Shown piece by piece: positions 1-10,473 of a DNA stretch of 64,000 nt. The translations under genes were made by a program, and so were the position numbers. Source of the stretch: Gemmatales bacterium (lineage in GTDB: Bacteria > Planctomycetota > Planctomycetia > Gemmatales > HRBIN36); the NCBI GenBank assembly GCA_041640595.1, contig JBEPZY010000001.1, forward strand, positions 960,001-1,024,000, given 5' to 3'. The notes under the pieces are model-generated. The model saw nothing but the letters and a program-made list of their open reading frames with translations, was not told the DNA's origin and did no database searches. Every line of letters starts with the position of its first letter. Position 1 is the stretch's first letter.

Positions 1-59
1 ATTAGCGGCTATCACGGCGCCAGTGCGTAGCCGGGCCGGGAACGCGACGAGGAGGGGCA

Positions 60-3000
60 TTGGGTCCGCGGGGAATCTGGGTAATCGCACTGTGGGCCGG
101 CGTAGGCAGTTTCGCCTGGCTGCTGCTCGCGCAGGAATCTGTACCCATGCGCGTCAGTACAGCTGGCGAAGATATTACGCTGCCGATCCGCCTGAGTGCC
201 GATCAGATCATCGGCTGGAGCGATGGCAACCTGGACATCCTTCTGGCCCGCGGTAACGTTTTGCTGGAGCAAGGTTTGCTGCGTTTACGGATGCGGGAAG
301 CCGTAGTTTGGATGAATGGTTCGCAGGCACGTCGTGGTCAACCGCTGCGGCTGTGGGGATACGGCGAAGAAGTTCGTCTGGGCGAGGGAGCTAACGCCCA
401 GACCGCGAAAACCGTGCTTTTTGACCTGCAAACCCGCGCTGAGTTCCGGTTGCAGAATCAGCAAATGGAAAAGCGTTCGGCGGCAACGGATACCCTGTAC
501 CGCCGAGCCTTAGCTGCCTGGCAAACGCCGCCTGTGCCGGAAACACCACCCATTCAGCCACCTAATTTCGCTCTACCCGCCAAACCTGCCCAACCAGAGC
601 CACCAGCGAAACCGGAAGTGCCTCCAGCGGAGAAACCTGCGGCCAGTCCACCGCAAAAGCCTTCAACGCCGGGCCCATCCAGTCCGGGGACTCTCCTGCC
701 ACGTTCAGGTGCGAACCGGCTGCGGAGCATTCGCATCGCTCCTCGGGGAACCAGCCCGTTTTCCCACGAAACGTTTCCCAGCGGCGCATCCGAATACGCT
801 ACTGTGGTCCTAGGCGGAGTGGTAATCTACGTAGAAGATGCCGAAGGAACCCTGGACATTAGCACCGACCGCGCGGTGATCTGGAGCCGAAACGTCGGCG
901 GCGAGCGCTTGCTCTCCGACTTGCAAATCGGCCGAACCACGGATGAACGTTACGAAGTTTATCTGGAAGGCCACGTGGAAATTCGCCATACTCCCGCTCG
1001 CGGACCGCTGGTGGGCAAAACCCGGCTTTTGCAAGCGGAACAGGCTTATTTTGACTTTCAGCGCAATGTTGCGGTCTTGCGCCAGGCCCAGTTGGTGATC
1101 CCCGAACCGCGTCTGCCTTTACCGGTGTACCTGCGGGCCACGGAAATTCGTCAGGTAAGTGCTGATTTGTTTGAGGCGGATGATGCGAAAGTTTCCGCCA
1201 GCCGACTGCCCTCCGATCCCGGAGTCGAAGCACGAGCTAGGCTGGCCACACTGCAACTGCGAGAGGTCCCGGAACGTGGTTTATTTGGACGGGTTGAAAT
1301 CGATCCCCAAACCGGTCAGGTGCGAACCGAGACGCAACTTTTCGGCACTGCCGATGACTTTTCGCTCTGGCTGGAAGGTGTGCCGTTCTTCTACTGGCCC
1401 CACGTGGAAGGCGACCTCCGTGATCCCCTGGGGCCTCTTGACCGTATTCGCGTTCGAGCCGACCGGGTCTTTGGTTTCGGCTTGATGCTGGATTGGGACA
1501 TTTTCGAACTTCTGGGCGGAGAGCGACCTAAGAACACTCGCTGGGATCTGGAAACCGACTATCTGTCGGAACGGGGTCCCGCTCTGGGAACCACCCTGGC
1601 CAGCCGAGGCGAAAACCTCTTCGGCATCCCGGGCAAGTACGAAACTGAAATGCGGGTCTGGCACATCTACGATTCCGGTACGGATCGACTCGGAGGTATC
1701 CGGACTTTCGCCCCACCCACTCCCTGGCGGGGACGGGATACGTTTCGCCATCGCCAGGAACTGGGAGAGGACTGGACCTTTCTGGGCCAATTTTCCTGGC
1801 TCAGCGACCGCAATTTTCTGGAACAGTTCTTCAAGCGTGAATTTGACGAAGGCATCAACCAGGAGACCTTCGCTTATCTGAAGTGGCAGCGTGATGACTT
1901 GGCGGCCAGTTTGCTGGTTCAACCTCACTTACGCGGCTGGGTAAACGAGACAGCGTGGCTACCCCGTGGTGATTTTTACATCCTGGGCCAGGACTTTTTC
2001 CAAACCTTGACCTGGTTTTCTCGAGCCAGTGCAGGCTACGCCATTTTTTCGCCCAGCGACGATATTCCAGTCGGTTATCCGGTGATACCGATTCCTGGAG
2101 AATTTCTGCGTTTCCGGCCACTCCCACCTTCGCCCGACTTTCCGCATAGCGGTCGCCGCGAACTGGCCCGACTGGATTGGTGGAATGAGTTGGATTGGCC
2201 TTTCCAGCTGGGTGCGGTGAAAGTTGTGCCCTACGGGCTGCTCAATACAACCTGGTATGAAGAAACCATGACGGACCCTGATGGCACTGCTCGCTTTTAC
2301 GCCGGAGGCGGAGTGCGGGCGAGTTTACCGTTGTGCCGCATTTATCCCGAAGCCAGCAGCTTGCTGTTCAATGTCAACGGAATTGCCCATAAACTGCTTT
2401 TCTGGACAGATTATCGCTACGTGCGTTCAGACCGCAATTTTCGTGAGTTGATTCTGCTCGATCGCCTGGACGACGACGCCACCGACCAGGCGCGCCGCGA
2501 CTTGCGAACTTACTTCCTCACCTTCTTTCCGCCGGGTTCTCGAGAATTTTTCCTGGCGAGTTCTCCGTTTTTCGATCCGCAACTGTACGCGCTTCGCCGG
2601 GGCTACGAGTATAGCCCGGAGACGCTGGATGACGTGCAGTTTCTGCGATTCGGTGTGGATCAACGCTGGCAGACCAAACGTGGTTTTCCCGGCCAGCAAC
2701 ACATCGTAGATTGGATGAGCCTGAACGTGCGAGCCACTTACTTTCCCGATGCCAGCCGCGACAATTTCGGCCACAGCTTTGCTTTCCTCGAATATGACTA
2801 CACCTGGCACGTCGGGGATCGCACTACGCTGGTAAGTAATGCCTGGGTGGAGCCTTACGGAGATGGAGCGCGGATGTTCAGCATCGGCCTGTTTCTCGAC
2901 CGCGGTGAGCACATGTCGTTTTATCTCGGTTACCGCTTGCTTGATCCCATCGGCAGCGACGCCGTCATCGGGAGTGCTACTTACCAACTCAGCCCGAAAT

Positions 3001-3206
3001 GGAGCGTTACTTTCTCCAGCACGTATGATTTCGGAATCAGTCAAAACCTCGGCCAATCGTTTATCATTACCCGCACGGGCACCGACTTGAGAGTGAGTCT
3101 CGGGCTGACGTATAACCCGCTGACCAACAATTTCGGAGTCGCGTTTACGATTCTGCCCACCCTGGCCCCGCCGAAGTTGCATCACGTTAATCTGAGCGGA
3201 TTATAG
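60..3206 (+). CDS. lptD: LPS-assembly outer membrane protein LptD/OstA-like
   Basis: 1048 aa; TTG start after GAGGAGGGG; N-terminal OstA-like beta-rich region, Pro-rich linker, C-terminal amphipathic beta-barrel strands (DYLSERG, WLSDRNFLEQFF). Confidence 0.75.
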   Translation: MGPRGIWVIALWAGVGSFAWLLLAQESVPMRVSTAGEDITLPIRLSADQIIGWSDGNLDILLARGNVLLEQGLLRLRMREAVVWMNGSQARRGQPLRLWGYGEEVRLGEGANAQTAKTVLFDLQTRAEFRLQNQQMEKRSAATDTLYRRALAAWQTPPVPETPPIQPPNFALPAKPAQPEPPAKPEVPPAEKPAASPPQKPSTPGPSSPGTLLPRSGANRLRSIRIAPRGTSPFSHETFPSGASEYATVVLGGVVIYVEDAEGTLDISTDRAVIWSRNVGGERLLSDLQIGRTTDERYEVYLEGHVEIRHTPARGPLVGKTRLLQAEQAYFDFQRNVAVLRQAQLVIPEPRLPLPVYLRATEIRQVSADLFEADDAKVSASRLPSDPGVEARARLATLQLREVPERGLFGRVEIDPQTGQVRTETQLFGTADDFSLWLEGVPFFYWPHVEGDLRDPLGPLDRIRVRADRVFGFGLMLDWDIFELLGGERPKNTRWDLETDYLSERGPALGTTLASRGENLFGIPGKYETEMRVWHIYDSGTDRLGGIRTFAPPTPWRGRDTFRHRQELGEDWTFLGQFSWLSDRNFLEQFFKREFDEGINQETFAYLKWQRDDLAASLLVQPHLRGWVNETAWLPRGDFYILGQDFFQTLTWFSRASAGYAIFSPSDDIPVGYPVIPIPGEFLRFRPLPPSPDFPHSGRRELARLDWWNELDWPFQLGAVKVVPYGLLNTTWYEETMTDPDGTARFYAGGGVRASLPLCRIYPEASSLLFNVNGIAHKLLFWTDYRYVRSDRNFRELILLDRLDDDATDQARRDLRTYFLTFFPPGSREFFLASSPFFDPQLYALRRGYEYSPETLDDVQFLRFGVDQRWQTKRGFPGQQHIVDWMSLNVRATYFPDASRDNFGHSFAFLEYDYTWHVGDRTTLVSNAWVEPYGDGARMFSIGLFLDRGEHMSFYLGYRLLDPIGSDAVIGSATYQLSPKWSVTFSSTYDFGISQNLGQSFIITRTGTDLRVSLGLTYNPLTNNFGVAFTILPTLAPPKLHHVNLSGL

Positions 3207-3333
3207 CAAACAGGCCATCAAAACGGCTCCTGAAGGGGGAAGGCCACTGACAGACTTCTGCTACGGGGCTTGGCCAGCGGTGTCCGGTTATTACAATAAT
3301 TCCCAACGCTTATGATCAAAAAGGAAGCCTGCC

Positions 3334-4101
3334 ATGCTGCGCACGGCGAATTTCTGCTTCTCGCTGAGTCTGAGCTTGAGCCTGCTTTTGACGAGCGGTT
3401 TGACTCAATCACCCTCGGCCCAGGAAACGGCGATTCGGCATGGATTTATCACCGAGGTCTGGACCGCTCCAAACGGCGAAAAGGTCGCTTTTGATCTGTT
3501 CGTTCCCTACAGCTATACGGGGAAGGAGCCGTTTCCGCTGATCCTCTTTTTGCACGGCGCCGGTGAACGCGAGGGTGGCAAACAAAAACCAGTGGACGTT
3601 GGCATCGGCCCTGCTATTCGCAAATACGGGGAGAAGGACTTTCCGTTTTTCGTAGTATTTCCTCGCTGCCGCGCTAACCGCAACTGGATGGCTGAAGGGG
3701 ACGATGCCCAGCGAGCCCTGGCCATTCTCGAATTTGTTCAGAAGAAATACAAAATTGATGAGCAACGAATTTACCTGACCGGGCTGTCGTTAGGAGGTTT
3801 TGGCACGTGGAGTCTGGCGGCCAGGTATCCGGACAAATGGGCGGCCATTGTTCCTATCTGCGGTGGCGGCAATCCCGAGTGGGCGGAGAAAATCAAACAT
3901 ATCCCGGTTTGGTGTTTCCACGGCGACCAGGACAAAGCTGTGCGAGTGGAGCTTTCGCGCAGGATGATCGAGGCACTGAAAGCCGCGGGTGCATCCCCAC
4001 GATACACCGAATATCCAGGTGTGGGCCATAATTGCTGGGACCTGGCCTACAACACCAAGGAACTTTATGCGTGGCTCCTTTCGCAAAAACGGCCACGTTA
4101 G
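3334..4101 (+). CDS. secreted alpha/beta hydrolase (predicted peptidase/phospholipase-carboxylesterase family)
   Basis: signal peptide; LFLHGAGE, GLSLGG nucleophile, HGDQD, GVGHNCW triad motifs. Confidence 0.85.
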   Translation: MLRTANFCFSLSLSLSLLLTSGLTQSPSAQETAIRHGFITEVWTAPNGEKVAFDLFVPYSYTGKEPFPLILFLHGAGEREGGKQKPVDVGIGPAIRKYGEKDFPFFVVFPRCRANRNWMAEGDDAQRALAILEFVQKKYKIDEQRIYLTGLSLGGFGTWSLAARYPDKWAAIVPICGGGNPEWAEKIKHIPVWCFHGDQDKAVRVELSRRMIEALKAAGASPRYTEYPGVGHNCWDLAYNTKELYAWLLSQKRPR

Positions 4102-4142
4102 CTGACCGGTACGATACCAAAACCGCATCAAGGAGCTTGACC

Positions 4143-5684
4143 ATGCCTCACCTGCATCGGCGCAATTTCCTGAAGGCAGCCAGTGTGGCGACCTTAGCCC
4201 TTACCGCTCGCAGCTACGGTCGAGTTTTGGGCGCTAATGAGCGGATCGGCGTCGCTTTTCTTGGCACCGGCGGTAGGTGCCAGGCCCACATCGAGATTAT
4301 CAACACCCTCAAAAATCAAGGCAAAGGTGTTGAACCGGTCGCCGTCTGTGATGTTTGGGATGGCTTCGAAGGGACTTACGAAACCGTCCGTGATGGCAAA
4401 GTCATCAAGCGAAATTATAGCCAGGGCTTGTATCCATCTGCGAAAAAATGCGGGTTGCGACTCGATGACGCCAAGCACGTTACTAAGGACTATCGCCGAC
4501 TGCTCGATTTGCCGGAGGTAGATGTCGTCTGCATCGCCACTCCCGATCACTGGCACGCCAAAATGACCATAGACGCAGCGGCCGCCGGCAAACACATTTA
4601 CTGCGAAAAGCCGATGACCCGCACTATTGACGAAGCCCATGCGGTAGTGGATGCAGTCAAGAAATACAACCGCGTTATGACGGTGGGCGTGCAATCCATG
4701 GCGGATCCTACTTGGCGGATTGCTTATGAATACATCCGCAACGGCAAAATCGGCCATGTGGCTCAGGGTCAGACCAGCTATTACCGCAATTCCATCGAGG
4801 GGCAGTGGCGGTATTATCCGATCCTGCGGGAAATGAATCCGAAGACGATAGACTGGGACATGTTCCTGGGGCACAAGTTCAGTGTATTCGACGGCGAACC
4901 GATAGGCCCGAATTTGCCGTTTGACCGGGCTCTGTTCGCGCAGTGGCGATGCTACTGGCCGTTTGGCGGCGGTATGTTTACGGACCTGTTTGTCCACCAG
5001 ACGACGCACCTGATAGCAGCCATGGGCGTTCGTTATCCGGCGCGGGTGGTCGGAGCGGGCGGCATCTACCTCGAATACGACGGTCGGGATGTTCCGGACG
5101 TTGCCACGGTGGTGGCCGATTACGAAGAAGGTTGCCAGCTTATTGTCACTGCGACCATGATCAACCGTTATCCAATCGAGGAAACAATACGTGGCCGGCT
5201 CGGCACCATCAAGTTTGTCAAAGGCGGTTTCGAGATTATTCCAGACGAACCGGCAGGAGGTGCCGGTACACCGGCTCGACTGGAAGACCGTATCCGCGGC
5301 GAATTTGTGGATTGCAAACCACCAGAAGGCCGGCACGCAGACACCCAGGCTTTATGGGAAGACTTCTTGCGATGTGTCCGTGAGGGCCGGCGGGATACGC
5401 TCAGCCCACCGGAGCTGGGAGCAGCGGCTTTCACAACGGTCAATATGGGAGTGTTGAGTTACCGCACCGGGAAGGTTTATCGCTGGGACAAAGTGCAACG
5501 CAAACCCGTACCCGATGATGGTAGCTGGGCTGCGCTGTGGGAAAAACGCAGCCACGAACGCGGCAAACCGAACAACATCATCGGCTGGCAAGCAGGCGAT
5601 ACCGGTTGCGTCGTGAAGACGCCGGACTACAATCTCCGCCTGGCCGGGCCCTGGATCAACGGCCGCGACCCAGCTCAACCCTAG
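4143..5684 (+). CDS. Tat-exported Gfo/Idh/MocA family oxidoreductase
   Basis: start re-assigned to ATG 4143 after AAGGAG; RRNFLK Tat motif; GTGGR, IATPDHWH, YCEKP motifs. Confidence 0.9.
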   Translation: MPHLHRRNFLKAASVATLALTARSYGRVLGANERIGVAFLGTGGRCQAHIEIINTLKNQGKGVEPVAVCDVWDGFEGTYETVRDGKVIKRNYSQGLYPSAKKCGLRLDDAKHVTKDYRRLLDLPEVDVVCIATPDHWHAKMTIDAAAAGKHIYCEKPMTRTIDEAHAVVDAVKKYNRVMTVGVQSMADPTWRIAYEYIRNGKIGHVAQGQTSYYRNSIEGQWRYYPILREMNPKTIDWDMFLGHKFSVFDGEPIGPNLPFDRALFAQWRCYWPFGGGMFTDLFVHQTTHLIAAMGVRYPARVVGAGGIYLEYDGRDVPDVATVVADYEEGCQLIVTATMINRYPIEETIRGRLGTIKFVKGGFEIIPDEPAGGAGTPARLEDRIRGEFVDCKPPEGRHADTQALWEDFLRCVREGRRDTLSPPELGAAAFTTVNMGVLSYRTGKVYRWDKVQRKPVPDDGSWAALWEKRSHERGKPNNIIGWQAGDTGCVVKTPDYNLRLAGPWINGRDPAQP

Positions 5685-5728
5685 CCAGCAGCCCTTTTTC
5701 AGTGCTCTGCCCTGCCAAACATTTTCAC

Positions 5729-5756
5729 TTGACCAGAGTAGGGCAGCGGTTATAGT
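5729..5756 (+). promoter_or_regulatory. sigma70-type promoter upstream of lptF/G gene
   Basis: TTGACC-N16-TATAGT. Confidence 0.5.
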
Positions 5757-5873
5757 TGCCGAGCTCAGTAACACCGGCTTTTCCTGGTAGTGCACTGCAA
5801 ATAAGCAGTGCGCTTCCGCTTTTTGTCCGATCGCTATCGAATGGCTTTACGGACTCCGTAAGCGAGGCAGGAA

Positions 5874-7067
5874 GTGCTGCCGTGGCATTTATTGCAACGG
5901 ATGGTGATTGCCGACCTGCTGCGAGTTTTTTTGCTCGGGCTGCTGACGATCACCAGTGTGCTGGTGCTGGTCGGCATCATGCAGGAAGCTGCCCAGCAGG
6001 GACTGGCGCTGGAACAAACATTGCGTTTGGTGCCGTTGCTTATCCCCGGCTTATTGCCCTACACGGTTCCGGCTACGTGTCTATTTACCGTAGCCGTGGT
6101 TTACGGCCGAATGGCCCACGATAACGAGTTGACCGCGGTGAAGGCTGCCGGCATTCCGATTACGCGGCTGGTCGGTCCAGCAGTGGGTCTGGGCCTGGTC
6201 TGCTCAGCGGCGCTTTTTGTTCTCGTGCAGGACCTGATTCCCCGCATGCATCATCGTCTGAAAAGCATGATTATTGAAGATGTCGAGGAATGGTTATACG
6301 CTCGCCTTCGCCGCGATCGGCGAATCAACGAACCCAAACTTGGCTATGCTATCTGGGTGAAAGAAGTACAGGGGCGGCGGTTGATTTCCCCGACTTTCGT
6401 TCGCCGGGATTCCCAGGGACGTGATGAGATTGTTGCCGTGGCACGAGAAGCAGAGCTTCATGTGGACATGAGCGAAGAGTTGCTGCGAGTGCACATGATT
6501 CAGGGTGAGATTGTTCGCGATTACCAGGGGCCGCGGGAAGTGCGACTGGCTTTCGACGAAGAAATCGTACCAGTGCCTCTTCCTCCTGCCACACTCAGGC
6601 GAAACAAACGTCCCCGCGAAATGACCGATTCGCAGATAGTCCAGCGTCTCACCGAACTGCAAGACGAAATTGCCATCATCACCAAGCAGCTAGACGAAAT
6701 GAGTTCCCAGCTGAAAGACGCCGCTACTTCTCCAGGTTTTCGGCAGAAGCAGGAGCATCTTGAGTACCTCAAAAACACCGTCAACGAACTGCGCACCGAA
6801 CTGGCTCAGCGTTCTGCCCTGGCTGGTAGCTGCGTCTTTTTCGTGCTGATAGGCACGGCCGCAGGCATTTGGTTTCACCGCCGTGATTATTTGAGCAATT
6901 TCGTAACGTGTTTTTTACCGATCGTGCTGACTTATTATCCCCTCATGATGTTTGGTATCAACATGGGCAAGAAAGGGCAGCTCGATCCCAGTTACGGACT
7001 GTGGACAGGGAACGCCCTGCTGGGCGTAGTGGGATTGAGCCTGTTGTGGTGGATTCGCCGACGCTAG
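5874..7067 (+). CDS. LptF/LptG family LPS export permease
   Basis: 3 TM + periplasmic domain + 3 TM; YGRMAHDNELTAVKAAGI signature. Confidence 0.85.
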   Translation: MLPWHLLQRMVIADLLRVFLLGLLTITSVLVLVGIMQEAAQQGLALEQTLRLVPLLIPGLLPYTVPATCLFTVAVVYGRMAHDNELTAVKAAGIPITRLVGPAVGLGLVCSAALFVLVQDLIPRMHHRLKSMIIEDVEEWLYARLRRDRRINEPKLGYAIWVKEVQGRRLISPTFVRRDSQGRDEIVAVAREAELHVDMSEELLRVHMIQGEIVRDYQGPREVRLAFDEEIVPVPLPPATLRRNKRPREMTDSQIVQRLTELQDEIAIITKQLDEMSSQLKDAATSPGFRQKQEHLEYLKNTVNELRTELAQRSALAGSCVFFVLIGTAAGIWFHRRDYLSNFVTCFLPIVLTYYPLMMFGINMGKKGQLDPSYGLWTGNALLGVVGLSLLWWIRRR

Positions 7068-7187
7068 GGCACCTGCCCCGTGGTTTGGGGACGATATTCT
7101 GTAGTCCCCGAACGCCGGTTGACAAGAGTGTACAGCGGAAACAGGTTGAGCTGCTCGGGCCGGCATGATTCAGTATCAGCAAGGACG

Positions 7188-10100
7188 CTATTTCCGCGAG
7201 CGGGCAGCTGCCTGGACTGCCCGAAGATAGCCGAGCAGATCCGCGATGTCCTGGGGCGTCAGCTGCTTTTCGAGCTCATCCGGCATGAGCGACTTGGTAA
7301 CCGTGCGCATCTGGTCAATGTCTTTGCGAAGCACACTGACGCGCAAACCTTTGTCTTGAAGCAGGGTAACGCTGGTGGCTGTCTCCTCGGCCAGCACACC
7401 AAAGAAGACGCGGCCATCCAGTGTGCTGATGACGTAGGTCTGAAACCCAGCCGCGATGGAACTGCTGGGGTCGAGGATGTCCGCCAGCAAGGTTTCGTCA
7501 GGGCGATCGTGAGCTTCCGTCAAAGGGGGACCGACTGCAACTCCTTGATTTTCCAGCTGATGACAGCTCGCACAATGTTTCAGGAACAGCTCTCGACCCC
7601 GCTTGGCATCCCGGGGTAAGGTCAGTGCTACGCGATATTTCTCCACGACCGCCGCACGCTCTGCTGTGAACGGAGAAGCAAAAATCTTGGCGGCACGTTG
7701 ACGCACTTCCTCCCGGAAGTCCTGCAAAAGCAAGGTGCGTTGCAAGGTGTTCAGCCTCCTGCCAAGTGCCGGCTCTTTTTCGAGTTTCTCCACCAGAGCC
7801 AGCCGCCAGGTGGACTTTTCCAGGCACTGGCTCAAAACGAAATCCTGCACTTTTGCAGACAGAACCGGAAACTTCTCCAGCAGGGCTCGCCCAATCTCCT
7901 TGCTATCAGCGGTAGTCCAGACCTGAACCACGGCGAGCTGCAGTTCCGGAGGGCTTTGCGGAGCCAGCAACCGCCCCAGCCGGCGTAAACGTGGCCAGGG
8001 AGCATGCCGTAACTGCTCCACAGCTCGCAGTCGGTCCTGCAGGGATTTGGATTCATTGAGGGCGTCTTCGAGCAAGGTGTCCCAGTGGGCTTGCAGTTTG
8101 GGTAACGCTTCCAGCCGTAATAGTGCTGCCAAACGCAAGCCGCGCTGACGCACCGCTTCACTCCTGGCGTTCACCAGTGCCTGAACGCTGGGAGCCAGTG
8201 ATTCCGCCAACCTCTCAGCATCTTTTGGCTGGAGATTCTGCACCAGGCTGTCCAGAACCATAAGACGAAACTCCTCCGGCCAGACCGGCTCATCCTGCCC
8301 TGCCTCGCTAGTAAGTCGTCGTAAGACGATAGCCATCGGGCCCGGTTCTGCTCTTCGAGCAAGCGTCTGCGTGAGCAAAGGCACGATGGCCTGGCGGGCC
8401 TGCTTGTTTTCGCCGTCGGCCAGGCGCATAAGTAAATCGTCTGCACATTCCGACGCCGCAATGGCCACGGCATGGATAAGCCACGGGTCCGAGGCATGCT
8501 TTTGCACTAGTTGCGACCAGGTCGGCACAGCTACCTGCTGCGGTGCTGCGCTTAGCGTCAAAGCGAGTTGCCAGCGTACCGCCGGATCGGGATCATCCGC
8601 CAGTGCCAGCACGTGTTGCAAAAGCTCGCGGTTCTGCGGTAAAAACTTCTCAGCCAGCCGCAGTGCATGAACACGCACGCCGTAACTGGAACTGGCCAGG
8701 CCAGGAATCAAGTCTTTCGCCTCTAAGCGACCCAGGCCAGAAAGGACGTAGAGTGCCAGCACCTGGGCTTGTGGTGTGGGAGCTGAGCGTGCCATTTCCT
8801 GCAACGCTGGCACCACTGACATATCTCGTCGCTCCAGCAACAGCCTCTGGGCAGTTTCTCGCTGCCAGACGTTAGGGTGAGCCAGCAGAGCCACCAGTTC
8901 GGATGAGGTCTTCTGTCCGGGCCAGGCTGTGTCCTTACGTCGCTGGTTGTTTGCTGAGCATATCCGCCAGATTCGGCCTTTATCGCTCCCTGCTATTAGC
9001 CCTTCTGCGTATTGCTGTTGCAGGAAGCGCGGGATCGCCGAATAGTCCTCAATGATTTCGTGGTAAAAATCAGCAACGTACAACGCCCCGTCTGGGCCGA
9101 CTGTCAGGTTGACGGGTCGGAACCAGGTTTCCCGCGACCGCAAAAATTCCGTCTTTTCCTCTTCCGATGGTCGGTGAAATCGGAACTGCCCCTGGTGTCT
9201 TTCGACAACGGCCCGATGGACGAGATTATTTGCCGGTTCACACACGAAATAACTGTGGCGGTAACGCTCCGGCAAACCATCGCCCCGATAGAAGAGCTGC
9301 CCGCAAGCAGAGGTAAAGTAACCCTGCGGTGTGGTTTCGGTAACGCCGTAGAATTTCACCCACGCAGGGTCTTGGGCACGTTTAACTCGCCAGGGATCGG
9401 GCAAGCTAATCGGATAGACACGCTGGTGCTGACCGGTCACCACCTGCGGCGAGGGTGCTGGGAGAAACGGATTGCGAAGTAAATAGCGCGTCTCGATTGG
9501 GGTCACCCAGGCAAACGGTTGGCCGCCATGAACAATCGTGAACCGTTCTCCCCAATCATTCATGGTCAACCCTACCGTTCCCACGCGTCCATTGACCGGT
9601 TCAATCGCTGAGCCATCAGGACGGAATCGAAAGTCGGAATGGCCCAATGCCACAGGTTTTGCCAGTTTGGGGCCTGTCACGTTAGCCCCGCCGCCACCCG
9701 CTCCTGCATAAATCCAGCCATCCAATCCCCAGCGCGGCGAATTGATGCCGCGTTCCAGCATAGTCAACGGGAAGCCGGTGAACAACACCTCTCGAACTTC
9801 TGCGCGGCCATCACCATCGCGATCCGCCAGGTACACGATTTGCGTGCCTGCTAAAACAATGGCTCCTCCCCGCGCGGGCACAATACCGTAACACGGCGGA
9901 AGATCGTCTGCCAACACTTGAACCCGATCCATCCGCCCATCGCCATCCGTGTCCTCCAGGACTTTCACCGTGCCATGTTGCTGTTTTCGCGCTTCCTCCA
10001 ACAGCTTGCCCGTAACCCGCACTCGTCGCACTGCTGTGTCAAGCTTTCCCGTCTTATTGAGCTCCACAACGTCTAAATATCCCTCCAGGTTCCAACCGTG

Positions 10101-10337
10101 TAACTCGCAGACGAACAATCGGCCATACTCATCGAAGGCCAGATCCGTTGGACAGATCACCATCGGTTCAGCAGCGACAACCTCGATTCGCAAATCGGCA
10201 GGGAGTTCAAACTGCTTGAGGCTTTCCTCTGGCCGCAATGGCTTGGGGCGATCTGTTGCCATCGGAATTTGCGCGACCAACCCACACAACCAGAGCCAAC
10301 CCCACACTACCAAAATGTTGGCACTTTTCTTCCGCAT
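7188..10337 (-). CDS. PVC-type membrane-bound dehydrogenase-domain protein with HEAT repeats and C-terminal heme c (CxxCH)
   Basis: AEPMVICP, DTDGDGRMD, WFRPVNL..GPDGALYVAD, GRIWRI beta-propeller motifs; HEAT-like repeats; CASCH, SLMPDELE; start assumed at MRKKS. Confidence 0.9.
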   Translation of the reverse strand: MRKKSANILVVWGWLWLCGLVAQIPMATDRPKPLRPEESLKQFELPADLRIEVVAAEPMVICPTDLAFDEYGRLFVCELHGWNLEGYLDVVELNKTGKLDTAVRRVRVTGKLLEEARKQQHGTVKVLEDTDGDGRMDRVQVLADDLPPCYGIVPARGGAIVLAGTQIVYLADRDGDGRAEVREVLFTGFPLTMLERGINSPRWGLDGWIYAGAGGGGANVTGPKLAKPVALGHSDFRFRPDGSAIEPVNGRVGTVGLTMNDWGERFTIVHGGQPFAWVTPIETRYLLRNPFLPAPSPQVVTGQHQRVYPISLPDPWRVKRAQDPAWVKFYGVTETTPQGYFTSACGQLFYRGDGLPERYRHSYFVCEPANNLVHRAVVERHQGQFRFHRPSEEEKTEFLRSRETWFRPVNLTVGPDGALYVADFYHEIIEDYSAIPRFLQQQYAEGLIAGSDKGRIWRICSANNQRRKDTAWPGQKTSSELVALLAHPNVWQRETAQRLLLERRDMSVVPALQEMARSAPTPQAQVLALYVLSGLGRLEAKDLIPGLASSSYGVRVHALRLAEKFLPQNRELLQHVLALADDPDPAVRWQLALTLSAAPQQVAVPTWSQLVQKHASDPWLIHAVAIAASECADDLLMRLADGENKQARQAIVPLLTQTLARRAEPGPMAIVLRRLTSEAGQDEPVWPEEFRLMVLDSLVQNLQPKDAERLAESLAPSVQALVNARSEAVRQRGLRLAALLRLEALPKLQAHWDTLLEDALNESKSLQDRLRAVEQLRHAPWPRLRRLGRLLAPQSPPELQLAVVQVWTTADSKEIGRALLEKFPVLSAKVQDFVLSQCLEKSTWRLALVEKLEKEPALGRRLNTLQRTLLLQDFREEVRQRAAKIFASPFTAERAAVVEKYRVALTLPRDAKRGRELFLKHCASCHQLENQGVAVGPPLTEAHDRPDETLLADILDPSSSIAAGFQTYVISTLDGRVFFGVLAEETATSVTLLQDKGLRVSVLRKDIDQMRTVTKSLMPDELEKQLTPQDIADLLGYLRAVQAAARSRK

Positions 10338-10473
10338 CGCCGTTTCTCCCAGGAATCTCCATTTCTGGCCTGTCACCGACGGCTGCATACGCTAAGCTTA
10401 CCTGCGCTGCTGAGGTTAGTATCATGACCCGCAACCAACGAATCAACCGCCCTCACTTTAGCTGGAACTGGTC